Source: a virus. From it: a DNA stretch of 64,000 nucleotides. Both the position numbers and the translations under genes were made by a program. The notes below the pieces were generated by a model. The model saw only the letters and a program-made list of their open reading frames with translations, searched no databases and was not told where the DNA came from. Positions 10,196 to 18,898 of the stretch are shown here, in pieces; the stretch's first letter is position 1, and the number at the start of each line of letters is the position of its first letter. Where the stretch lies: the IMG/VR virus record IMGVR_UViG_3300033233_000004, positions 32,001 to 96,000 of that record. One strand, given 5' to 3'.

Positions 10196-10479
10196 ACAGC
10201 CTCGTTTACAAGTCTTAATAAAACATCACCATGACATTTCTTCGGAGCACACCAACAACCTAATACCTTACCTCGAAGTTCTGTCTTTACGGCTGCTAAT
10301 AGTTCTGGCTGAGTCAACAACCATTCTTCAAACTTATCTATTGCTTCATCTCGTGTAGCAACTTTGAAGTCCGCTAAAGTATTATCCAGATGAGAAAAAG
10401 GATTACCCCACTTGGATGGTCGCCCAATGTACACGTCATACGTTTCTTTTTTACAATGCACTACCCGTGGCTGATTCAT
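10192..10479 (-). CDS. DUF4326-type protein
   Basis: DVYIGRPSKWGNPF...LGCWCAPKKCHGDVL signature. Confidence 0.85.
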   Translation of the reverse strand: MNQPRVVHCKKETYDVYIGRPSKWGNPFSHLDNTLADFKVATRDEAIDKFEEWLLTQPELLAAVKTELRGKVLGCWCAPKKCHGDVLLRLVNEAV

Positions 10480-11246
10480 GAACGCTTCTTTCTTTTCGTA
10501 GCTGCTCGATAACTTTCCCCACGAACAACCAATTGATGTTCAAAACTGGCTACACGGTCAAGTACATCTGGTGTATGAATTCTCGCAGCTTGAATTTCAT
10601 CCATGCTCAAATTTGAGATAAGAACAATGGACTTTTTGCGTTCATACAACAAATTAAAAAGGTTACCAAATTCCAAACCTGAAAAACGGAATTTGTCCAT
10701 AACCTTATACTCTTTGTCAAACTCATCAATGATGAGTAAGTCACTCTTTTTAATACGTTCCAACAATAGACGAGCCTGTGGGTCTTCAATGGCAGTTAAT
10801 TGTAACGTTGATAATTCTGCCATGGTCATACGACAGCAACAGTACTTGTACTCAATCTGGTTCTCATTTGACTTACGTACCAAAATAGCTTGTTTCAATA
10901 AATAACTACTCAATGCTGTCTTTGCCAACCCGTGAGGCCCCCACAAGACCAGACTTTCTCCCTTGTTAATGAAGTTTTCAACATTAGCGACGATACCCAT
11001 AAACTGATCGTAGACTTCACTATTTGCTTTCATAAAAGCGTCGTCCATATTGGGTTCCCAATCCCAATACCGTGCAGTAATTCCTGCCTCTATCAATTGC
11101 TTACGTTCCTTGTAAGAAATGTAACAAAAACACCAGTTAAAAGTCTCACCATCGCGCAAATAACCTGTATGGTCACATATCTCACAAATATTCCTAAAAG
11201 AGTCAAGAAGAGCAGTGTCTTCATCTTTTGTTAAAGTCGTTATCAT
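10476..11246 (-). CDS. DnaC/IstB-like AAA+ helicase loader
   Basis: N-terminal CxxC...CxC, Walker A WGPHGLAKT, Walker B LLIIDEF, ISNL, DRV, GESYR. Confidence 0.8.
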   Translation of the reverse strand: MITTLTKDEDTALLDSFRNICEICDHTGYLRDGETFNWCFCYISYKERKQLIEAGITARYWDWEPNMDDAFMKANSEVYDQFMGIVANVENFINKGESLVLWGPHGLAKTALSSYLLKQAILVRKSNENQIEYKYCCCRMTMAELSTLQLTAIEDPQARLLLERIKKSDLLIIDEFDKEYKVMDKFRFSGLEFGNLFNLLYERKKSIVLISNLSMDEIQAARIHTPDVLDRVASFEHQLVVRGESYRAATKRKKRS

Positions 11247-11650
11247 TCATCCTCTGGAAATATGTCTCTATTGAAATCAAGAACATTACGCATCCGTAAC
11301 AAGTCCACCGAAACTGGTTTATTCACATTATGTAAATTCTTCTGATTCTTAATTCGTTGATAATAATACCAAACCTCATACTTGACTATTGCCATGAATC
11401 CCACGTTGCTGCGTACTCCAAGAAACTTTGGAGAAAATACCCAGTCAATAAAGTCTCGATACTCTTCATTGGTCATTTTCAACTTATTCATGAAGCGTTT
11501 AATATGCACACCATACATCAACCATGCAGTATCAGGAAACTCATACATGGGGTCTCGACGCAACGTTTTATATTTCTCCATATAATACGCTGTGAATTCT
11601 TTTGTTGTCCAATGAGCTACTTCACGTTTACCCTTAACTAAAACTGTCAT
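11243..11650 (-). CDS. hypothetical protein, possibly a replication-initiation partner of the loader
   Basis: 135-aa ORF overlapping the loader start; function inferred only from position. Confidence 0.5.
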   Translation of the reverse strand: MTVLVKGKREVAHWTTKEFTAYYMEKYKTLRRDPMYEFPDTAWLMYGVHIKRFMNKLKMTNEEYRDFIDWVFSPKFLGVRSNVGFMAIVKYEVWYYYQRIKNQKNLHNVNKPVSVDLLRMRNVLDFNRDIFPEDE

Positions 11651-11771
11651 AGTATACTTTTCACTATTATAATTTCTTTTCCAAGCTCTCTATTACAGCA
11701 GAAAGATTTCTAATACATCGTTTCAATACCGCATTAGTATTTTTTGGCTGAAGATTAACAACAACTTCAAG

Positions 11772-13277
11772 TTATTGAAAGGAATTCCTTGCCTTTTCTA
11801 TTGTCCATTTACTAATGTCTCTGTCGATAATTTCAAAACATGGCTCCGACTCATACAATTGCCGTCGAAAACGGCAATGGCTCCCAATGTATCTCTCGCT
11901 CTGCATAAAATCAATGTAACCACCAAATGTCTTGGAAGGGTCGTCAGGATTAGGTGTAATGGAACGAAATCTCTGAAAAATATCAACGGGACTCATACCA
12001 CCAGCAGCATTAATAACGTAATGTAAACCCGGTATATCAACACCTTCGTCCCATAGCGTTGAAATAACACACTTAGTCACACCAGTATTCAAAGCTTCCT
12101 TGACCTCATTACGAATATCCAAAGACGCTTCTCCATATACCCTGATAGCATCAGGATACAAGGTATGAATAGCATTGCCATGTGTCTTCTTATCAACAAC
12201 AATAAGAACATTCTTATTCATACGATTCAACTTCATAGCAATACGAACAATGACAGTATTACGAAAAGTATTCTCAGTAATAGCATACTTGTAGATAGCC
12301 CCGTAGGATAAAGCTGATATAGTCATCTTTGGTAGCTTGAACATAAAAATCTTGGCTGGCAACAACCATCCAGCTTTAACCAATTCCGTGTAACTCACCT
12401 GAGAGAAGACACTACCAATAACAGATTCAATAATCATATCCTCTGGTCTACCATAATTCGGCGTAGCACTTAAACCAATTATGATTTCAGCATTCTTGAG
12501 CTTACTGAACACTGTAACAGCAATCGAACTCTGACTGTGATGAGCTTCGTCATAAATCATTGTTTTTGCAGACTCTATATACGTTCGAAGTTGAAACCTT
12601 TGCTCATTTGTAAGTACATTATCACTTCCAATCTTCTTATATGCTTGCCCTTTTCTCTCCTTAGCAGCAGCACGACGCATCTTGTATTGAATCTCATATG
12701 CCATCACCGCCGATTGTACGGTCATAATAGTAATGTCGCCAAGTTCAAATTTGTTGTCTCCAACGAAACCGAACGTGACATCAGGTATATCCTGTTTGAA
12801 ACTCCTAAGTGTTTGCGATGCAATATCAATACTATTACACATGAAGATAGCTGGAAATCTACGAGACTGGTCAAGAAAAGCTCCTGCAATCTTTGTCTTA
12901 CCACTTCGGGGCGGAGACTGCAATATACCACGCTTAAAATGAAACATGGCATCTACAGAACGAGTTTGATACGGACGCAACTTATAGTCCCCTTGTGGTT
13001 CATAGCGAGGTATCTCATCAAAACCTATTATACGATACGGAATTTGCTTTGACTCAAGAAACTCAATAACTTTGTAAATAAGTCCCGACTTAAAACTACG
13101 CGTCTTGGAACTATAGAATCTTTGGAAACCATCCCACTCTTTGAGAAGATACGCCGTCGAGAATAAGTGGTCACTCCTTTTAAACGATAAAAGGTCATCG
13201 AGTTCACTATCCAATTCAGAAGTGATCTCATGACCTTGTAAGTATGTACGAATAGAAGAATAGTTTAACGTTATCAT
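11772..13277 (-). CDS. superfamily 2 helicase (UvsW/XPB-like)
   Basis: LRPYQ, PPRSGKT, DEAHH, GLSATP, WDEGVDIP. Confidence 0.9.
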   Translation of the reverse strand: MITLNYSSIRTYLQGHEITSELDSELDDLLSFKRSDHLFSTAYLLKEWDGFQRFYSSKTRSFKSGLIYKVIEFLESKQIPYRIIGFDEIPRYEPQGDYKLRPYQTRSVDAMFHFKRGILQSPPRSGKTKIAGAFLDQSRRFPAIFMCNSIDIASQTLRSFKQDIPDVTFGFVGDNKFELGDITIMTVQSAVMAYEIQYKMRRAAAKERKGQAYKKIGSDNVLTNEQRFQLRTYIESAKTMIYDEAHHSQSSIAVTVFSKLKNAEIIIGLSATPNYGRPEDMIIESVIGSVFSQVSYTELVKAGWLLPAKIFMFKLPKMTISALSYGAIYKYAITENTFRNTVIVRIAMKLNRMNKNVLIVVDKKTHGNAIHTLYPDAIRVYGEASLDIRNEVKEALNTGVTKCVISTLWDEGVDIPGLHYVINAAGGMSPVDIFQRFRSITPNPDDPSKTFGGYIDFMQSERYIGSHCRFRRQLYESEPCFEIIDRDISKWTIEKARNSFQ

Positions 13278-13732
13278 GACCGGGGTGGTAAAATAAACCA
13301 GCCTTTCTGCCGCAGGGTTTGAATAATAGCTTCTGCTGGAATAGCATCAATATTTACATGATCTTCAGTCTTACCAATAGTAAGATTTACATGTTGTTTG
13401 ATGGATGTTTCTATATCTGAATAGGTAAGAGTACCAGTAGGTGGAATAATATGCCAACCTCGCTGTTTCAAATCTTGTACAACTACATCAATAGGAAGAA
13501 AAACCTGTACTGCTTCTTCCAACTTATCAACAGATGGTGTAACCCATTGACGAATAGTAGCTTCAAAATCAGCAACGTCAGTTGCTATCATCTGTGATAC
13601 TGGAACAATAACAAACCCCGCCTCATGTATTTTATACAAAATCAGGTCTATAGATTCTGCAAGAGCTTTCTGGTCAACGTTTGGTCTATCGTCGAATGAA
13701 TCCAGCAATCGTTGACGGACAGTCTCACTCAT
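13274..13732 (-). CDS. hypothetical protein with three internal repeats
   Basis: IHEAGFVIVPV, LKQRGWHIIPPT, LRQKGWFILPPRS. Confidence 0.55.
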   Translation of the reverse strand: MSETVRQRLLDSFDDRPNVDQKALAESIDLILYKIHEAGFVIVPVSQMIATDVADFEATIRQWVTPSVDKLEEAVQVFLPIDVVVQDLKQRGWHIIPPTGTLTYSDIETSIKQHVNLTIGKTEDHVNIDAIPAEAIIQTLRQKGWFILPPRS

Positions 13733-13772
13733 ATATCAGAAGCTTTCCATTGAGTATAGGTATTAGTCTCAC

Positions 13773-14465
13773 TCATCTTTTCTTCCACTCAATTGTATGA
13801 TAAATGTCGGTTTTAAGAACACAGCCATTATAGCGGAGTTCAATATCACAAGATGTAATATATGTATTTCCCTCATAAATGTCAAGCAAATCTGAAAGAA
13901 TGGTATATACATTCTTTGAGTTCAACAGCTTTTGTCTTAATACCTGTTTCTCATCGGACGTAAGGGCTGCATCCATAGGAACAATTTGTTTCTCAATAGA
14001 AAAGATAATGTCTTCAAAATATGGTGATATGCCAGTATACCCTAAAACAAAGGTCAGATTAGCTTTTGTAGGAATTATTTCATTAGCTATCACGGGTAAC
14101 TCTACCCAAGAATAGTTCTTAACCTTTTTACGGTAAAAGTCACATTGATAACCAGCTTTGTAGGTAGATATGGTTTCTACAAAATCTGTTTGACTCATTC
14201 GTTCGAGGGGAAGGTCGAAAGAAACACCTACCTCAACAGAATTAACATTGAAGTCTTTATTTATGTTAAGAGCTATGTCTTCAAGTATTTTAGGAGTTAA
14301 AACAGCATTAGATAATGGTAGGAAATACTTAATGAAGAGTTCTGGTTCAACGAAACTCGAAGTTCCAATAGAGAAATTTGCCAACACCCTACGATCACCC
14401 TTGCCTTTTCGAGCAAATATAACAGGAATGAAAAGATTCTCAAGTCTTGATGCATAAATAGCCAT
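13773..14465 (-). CDS. degenerate GTP cyclohydrolase IB (FolE2/MptA)-like T-fold protein
   Basis: Full-length pattern resemblance to FolE2 (VELPV, YFEDIIFSIEKQ, DEKQV, IYHTIEW) but the GTHMSR, CPCS, HNQRS and ESIH motifs are absent. Confidence 0.5.
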   Translation of the reverse strand: MAIYASRLENLFIPVIFARKGKGDRRVLANFSIGTSSFVEPELFIKYFLPLSNAVLTPKILEDIALNINKDFNVNSVEVGVSFDLPLERMSQTDFVETISTYKAGYQCDFYRKKVKNYSWVELPVIANEIIPTKANLTFVLGYTGISPYFEDIIFSIEKQIVPMDAALTSDEKQVLRQKLLNSKNVYTILSDLLDIYEGNTYITSCDIELRYNGCVLKTDIYHTIEWKKR

Positions 14466-14516
14466 GTATAATAACCATTCAGATTAATACCTACGAGATA
14501 ACGACATTATGAAATA

Positions 14517-14984
14517 TTACTCCAAAGATTTTTCCATTTTAACACGAACAATAGTCTGTCCATTAGACACATGATTTACATATTCTTTTACAAGAAACCC
14601 TTGTTTCTTATAAAAACCAACTGCTTGTTCTGTCGAAAATACAGTCAACATTTTTCTGTTACCAAATGCGTGATGAAACAGAGCATATTTCTCAAGATAA
14701 TCGTACAACAACTGACCAACTCCCATGCCTTGAGCTAACGGGTCAACAAACAGATATACAATATGATTACCATCAATACCAGCCATACCAAATACATGAT
14801 GAGTATTTTCATCTTCATATACTACAAGATGCCATTGAGTTATGGCATTTTTCATAGATTTAGGAGTAGCATGCGCCAGCAATTGATTTTGCTGTTGTGG
14901 ATTGTAATGAGAATCTTGACGAAAAGTTTCATGAATGAAACCCAAAACTACTGGAATATCCTGTTCAGTCATTATACGTATCAT
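14517..14984 (-). CDS. GNAT N-acetyltransferase
   Basis: LFVDPLAQGMGVGQLL (acetyl-CoA motif A), AVGFYKKQGF. Confidence 0.9.
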   Translation of the reverse strand: MIRIMTEQDIPVVLGFIHETFRQDSHYNPQQQNQLLAHATPKSMKNAITQWHLVVYEDENTHHVFGMAGIDGNHIVYLFVDPLAQGMGVGQLLYDYLEKYALFHHAFGNRKMLTVFSTEQAVGFYKKQGFLVKEYVNHVSNGQTIVRVKMEKSLE

Positions 14985-15006
14985 AACAAACCCCCTTAAA
15001 GAAAAG

Positions 15007-15246
15007 CTATTCTACATCAAATCGTTTAATACGTATAGAAGATTGAAAATATACAGAAACATAACTCATAAATTCACTGTGTCCCATATGATTACCAAAA
15101 TCAAGCTCAACAACAACATCGCCTGTATCTGGTTTATATTCCATCAGAACAAGAAAAGCCTCTTGAGTTGGAGCCTCAGTCTCAGGGACTCTTTTCGCAC
15201 GAATTTTTCCGAATTTATTACGAATGACACCATACCAGAACTGCAT
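15007..15246 (-). CDS. hypothetical protein
   Basis: C-terminal part of track ORF 15007..15366; likely start at MQFWYG. Confidence 0.4.
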   Translation of the reverse strand: MQFWYGVIRNKFGKIRAKRVPETEAPTQEAFLVLMEYKPDTGDVVVELDFGNHMGHSEFMSYVSVYFQSSIRIKRFDVE

Positions 15247-15334
15247 AGGCGTGAACCTCTTAAGAAAATAACATCGGTGTGAGAATATCGTTGTAAATAT
15301 AATGTACGTATTTTTAACAAAAAAGCAAACCACC

Positions 15335-16099
15335 TCAAAAATACTGTTGAAACTGGTCAGAATCAATGAGTTTTTTTAACTTGGCAAGTGCTCGGTCTCG
15401 TATTTGACGCACTCGAACAAATTTTATATGTAATTGTTGTCCAATTGCTTCCAGAGTTTTTGCATCACCGTCATTACTGAGACCGAAGTACAAACGAATA
15501 ATAGCGGCTTCCCTATTATCGAGATGCGTCAACAAAAAATCATTAATATCAGCCATACCAACACTCTCCATAGTATTATGTGAGAGGTTCAATTCCGTTG
15601 TTTGCGTAGTAAACATTGCTTCAATATCCTTATCAACACGAGAAGTTGTTTCCAACATCTCCTCTGTCATAAGATGAGTACGTTTACTTTCATAAACCTT
15701 GTTCTTAGCTAATGAAGCTCGAATGAAAAATCGAATCCAATGTACAACAAAAGAAAACAACTTGATGTCTGGATACTTCACAGCATCAAATCTGCAAATA
15801 CCTATCATCAAACCGAGATTACCTTCTTGAATAATATCCATGATAGACATTGTTGCTGGTAAAGAAAATTCCTTCAATACATACATAACAAAACGTAAAT
15901 TAGCGTTTATCAATTTATGAAAAGCTTCAATGTTTTTTGGAATAGTATCCTGCGGTGGATGGGTACCTAAACTGAGAATAAGGTCTCGTTCTTGATTCCT
16001 ATCAGTAATAGTATCATACTTCTTTTTTCCCAACTCTATTTTATACAAATCAAATTGCGTTTTCATTATATAGGAAATCCTTCTTGTTGCCGCCTGCAA
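15335..16099 (-). CDS. phage RNA polymerase sigma-70 family factor
   Basis: Region 2 LINANLRFV, DIIQEGNLGL...RFD, HWIR; region 4 LDNREAAIIRLYFGL...TLEAIGQQL...RVRQIRDRALAKLK. Confidence 0.92.
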   Translation of the reverse strand: MQAATRRISYIMKTQFDLYKIELGKKKYDTITDRNQERDLILSLGTHPPQDTIPKNIEAFHKLINANLRFVMYVLKEFSLPATMSIMDIIQEGNLGLMIGICRFDAVKYPDIKLFSFVVHWIRFFIRASLAKNKVYESKRTHLMTEEMLETTSRVDKDIEAMFTTQTTELNLSHNTMESVGMADINDFLLTHLDNREAAIIRLYFGLSNDGDAKTLEAIGQQLHIKFVRVRQIRDRALAKLKKLIDSDQFQQYF

Positions 16100-16758
16100 T
16101 AAACAGCGTGTCCAGAATCAAACGCTTCTCTTCGATTTGTTCTTACATACGTTTCATCCCACGCGCTTCCTTTAAATGAAGGGTGATCATGTATAATTCC
16201 CAATGGTTGTCCAGAATACTCATACAAAACACCCAATACTCGTGCTTGATTCAAAGCGTCAGTATCAGCAAACAAAGAGATATAATCGGGATGAACAATG
16301 TAACCTAAACGTTTATAGTAAGCCCCCGAAAGACATTGAATAATAGCGTTTGTTGCAGAATTCGGGATACCATCCTGTATATGTATAAAGTACTCATCTT
16401 TTTGAAGCATATTAATAAACGCAAACAATTTTGAATCCCATCCAGCAGATAATATGATATCATCCGCTATAGTCAAAAGTACATCCTCATCAACATATGA
16501 TTCCCCTGCACGATTAGTAGCATCCACAGCACCTCTATTGAAATTTTGAACAAATTTTACCGTCACATTCTCTGGTACTGACTTAAAAAGTTGTCGATAC
16601 GTATTTATACTATCGTCATCAATATCAAAAGACAAAACATACTTTACTCGAACTTTACTGGTCATATTATTCACAGTACGATGTAACGTAGCAATCCCTT
16701 CACTTGGTCTTTTACGAGTTGGATGAATAATGAGTATACTACCGACTTCCATAAACAC
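16066..16758 (-). CDS. GT-A (GT2-like) glycosyltransferase
   Basis: IIHPTRKRP, FDIDDD, TIADDI (DxD-like), YISLFADTD, IIHDHP. Confidence 0.7.
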   Translation of the reverse strand: MFMEVGSILIIHPTRKRPSEGIATLHRTVNNMTSKVRVKYVLSFDIDDDSINTYRQLFKSVPENVTVKFVQNFNRGAVDATNRAGESYVDEDVLLTIADDIILSAGWDSKLFAFINMLQKDEYFIHIQDGIPNSATNAIIQCLSGAYYKRLGYIVHPDYISLFADTDALNQARVLGVLYEYSGQPLGIIHDHPSFKGSAWDETYVRTNRREAFDSGHAVYCRRQQEGFPI

Positions 16759-17722
16759 TCCTACAGTAGTCTAATAAAAACTCTACTGTTTCTTCAAATG
16801 AATACTGTGATCTCCAACCTGTATGTTCACGAAATTTTGTCGTGTCAGGAATCTGTAATGTAACATCAACAGGACGAGAAAGTGACGTATCAAACTTAGT
16901 AACAATTGGGCATTGTGCTTTTGAAATTAGAAGGTCTAAAAATTCACGCACTGTAATAACTTTTTCTCCACCAATATTGTACACTTCACCAACTTGACCG
17001 TACTGCATAGCAGCCCAATATGCAGACATAGCATCTCGAACATCAATTATCGTTCGCACTGAATCCAGATTACCATGTACAAGTTCTTCTTGTAGACCTT
17101 TTTCAATACGAACAATCTGTTTAGCGAATGATGTTGCAAATAAGTCCTCTCTCTTAGGATTCACATAGGTAAACATACGTGTACGGACAATAGGAATATC
17201 AAAAGCGCGATAATAAACATCTCCTAACGCATCCTGAGTCAATTTAGACACAGCGTAGGGGTTAGCTGGACGTAAAGCACATGTTTCTTTGATAGGTATG
17301 TCTTCTTTACCTACTACCCCGTATATCTCAGGCGAGCTACACAATTGAATTTTGGGTAGTTGTCGGTATGGATACATCTCACCCATCATGCGAACTGCTT
17401 CAAACAAATTTGCTGTGCTCATCACATTATTCTGTAGTACAGCCAGAGGAGTATCAAACGAAGCTCTAACATTAGCGTAAGCAGCAAGATGAAAGATATA
17501 ATCTGGTCTCACTTGGTTGAGAATACGCACAATTGACCCCAAGTCCATCAAATCACATTCAAGAACATTAACATCTTTTCTGATTTTATCCAAATTTCGA
17601 TTGTGTGTTGTACTATGCCAACGAGATGTACCATAAACAGCAAGGTCTTGTACATTATCGACTAAATACTCTGCCAAGTAACTTCCACCGCTTCCCGTAA
17701 TCCCAGTAATCAATGCCTTCAT
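16739..17722 (-). CDS. GDP-mannose 4,6-dehydratase / GDP-4-keto-6-deoxymannose reductase-like SDR (Gmd/Rmd family)
   Basis: ALITGITGSGGSYLAE, HLAAYANVRASFDTP, SSPEIYG, PYAVSK (YxxxK), GNLDSVR..DVRD. Confidence 0.8.
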   Translation of the reverse strand: MKALITGITGSGGSYLAEYLVDNVQDLAVYGTSRWHSTTHNRNLDKIRKDVNVLECDLMDLGSIVRILNQVRPDYIFHLAAYANVRASFDTPLAVLQNNVMSTANLFEAVRMMGEMYPYRQLPKIQLCSSPEIYGVVGKEDIPIKETCALRPANPYAVSKLTQDALGDVYYRAFDIPIVRTRMFTYVNPKREDLFATSFAKQIVRIEKGLQEELVHGNLDSVRTIIDVRDAMSAYWAAMQYGQVGEVYNIGGEKVITVREFLDLLISKAQCPIVTKFDTSLSRPVDVTLQIPDTTKFREHTGWRSQYSFEETVEFLLDYCRSVYGSR

Positions 17723-18894
17723 CGCACACTCTTTACTATGTTACTAATACTGTCCACATCTTCCAAAGTCAATTCTGGATAATTTGGTAAAAATAAACCA
17801 CAATCATGAATACAATCAGCAACAGCACCATGAAATTCTCCGTACTGTGATTTCCAAAAAGGATGTAATCCAAGATTGCCAGCACTGAATAGTCTGGTCT
17901 CAACACCATTATCATCAAGTGCTTTCACTATCCTTTTTCTATGTTCAATATCGGATGCTAATACACCAAAAGATATACTTGCTGGTTTATCTCCCATACC
18001 CCACGTTTGAAAACGTAAACCATTTACTCCAAGTAAATTCTTGGCATAACGGATATGATTCATATATCGACGCTGTGCTACCCACTCTGCTTTCTTCATT
18101 TGTTCTGTACCAAGAAACGCTTGTAAATCTGTCGAACGTACATTGAAACCCGGTACAAAAAATGTAAATGGTTGATGAAAATCATCAATGTTATATGATG
18201 TCATCAAATTATCATATACGGAAGTTGAAAGGTCTTTTCCCCATCCATGACTACGTAACATCAATAACAAATGATACAATTCTTCGTCATTTGTATTTAT
18301 CATACCACCTTCAATTGTAGAGAGTTGATGTCCCATGTAGAAACTAAAAGAAGCCATATCTCCAACAGTACCTACTTTTCGTCCACCTGAATATTCAGCA
18401 CCAAGAGCCGCACATGCATCCTCCAATAAGACGAATCCATACTTTTCTTGTAGTTCAATAATTTTGAGTCGATGAGGTATTCCAAGAACTTGAACAAAAA
18501 TAACAATAGCGGGATTGTGCTCAATACAAACTTTCTCAAGAGCATCCAAATCAATTCCAAAAGTTGTTGGGTCAGCATCAATCATAATAGGTATCAACCC
18601 TAATTGCATAACAGGAGCTATTGTTGTTACCCAACCAACGGCAGGAACTACAACTTTCTTATTCTTCAACTTACCTGCTTGTAAGGCTGCATAAACCATC
18701 AACAAATTTGCAGACGAACCAGAATTAACGAACACAGAATACTTTGTTCCGATGTACTGTGCCCATAACGCTTCAAACTCAATAGTCAAAGCACCTTTGG
18801 TCAAACGAGGATACTCTTTAAGCCATTCAACAAGAGAGTCTATCTCGGTTGGTGTAATAGTTTGAAGTGCTAATGGATATCTAAACACGGCCAT
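17719..18894 (-). CDS. PLP-dependent DegT/DnrJ-family enzyme, ColD-like NDP-4-keto-6-deoxyhexose 3-dehydratase
   Basis: VNSGSSANL, LEDACAALG, SFYMGHQLSTIEGGM with His at the usual Schiff-base Lys position; LRSHGW without the Fe-S cysteines of RfbH/E1. Confidence 0.8.
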   Translation of the reverse strand: MAVFRYPLALQTITPTEIDSLVEWLKEYPRLTKGALTIEFEALWAQYIGTKYSVFVNSGSSANLLMVYAALQAGKLKNKKVVVPAVGWVTTIAPVMQLGLIPIMIDADPTTFGIDLDALEKVCIEHNPAIVIFVQVLGIPHRLKIIELQEKYGFVLLEDACAALGAEYSGGRKVGTVGDMASFSFYMGHQLSTIEGGMINTNDEELYHLLLMLRSHGWGKDLSTSVYDNLMTSYNIDDFHQPFTFFVPGFNVRSTDLQAFLGTEQMKKAEWVAQRRYMNHIRYAKNLLGVNGLRFQTWGMGDKPASISFGVLASDIEHRKRIVKALDDNGVETRLFSAGNLGLHPFWKSQYGEFHGAVADCIHDCGLFLPNYPELTLEDVDSISNIVKSVR

Positions 18895-18898
18895 AGTT

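Noticed and set aside
15301-15328. Possible minus-strand promoter TTGCTT-N16-TACATT sharing TTAAAAATACGTA with the HNH promoter
   Set aside because: Weaker match with a 16-nt spacer; could be chance in AT-rich DNA.
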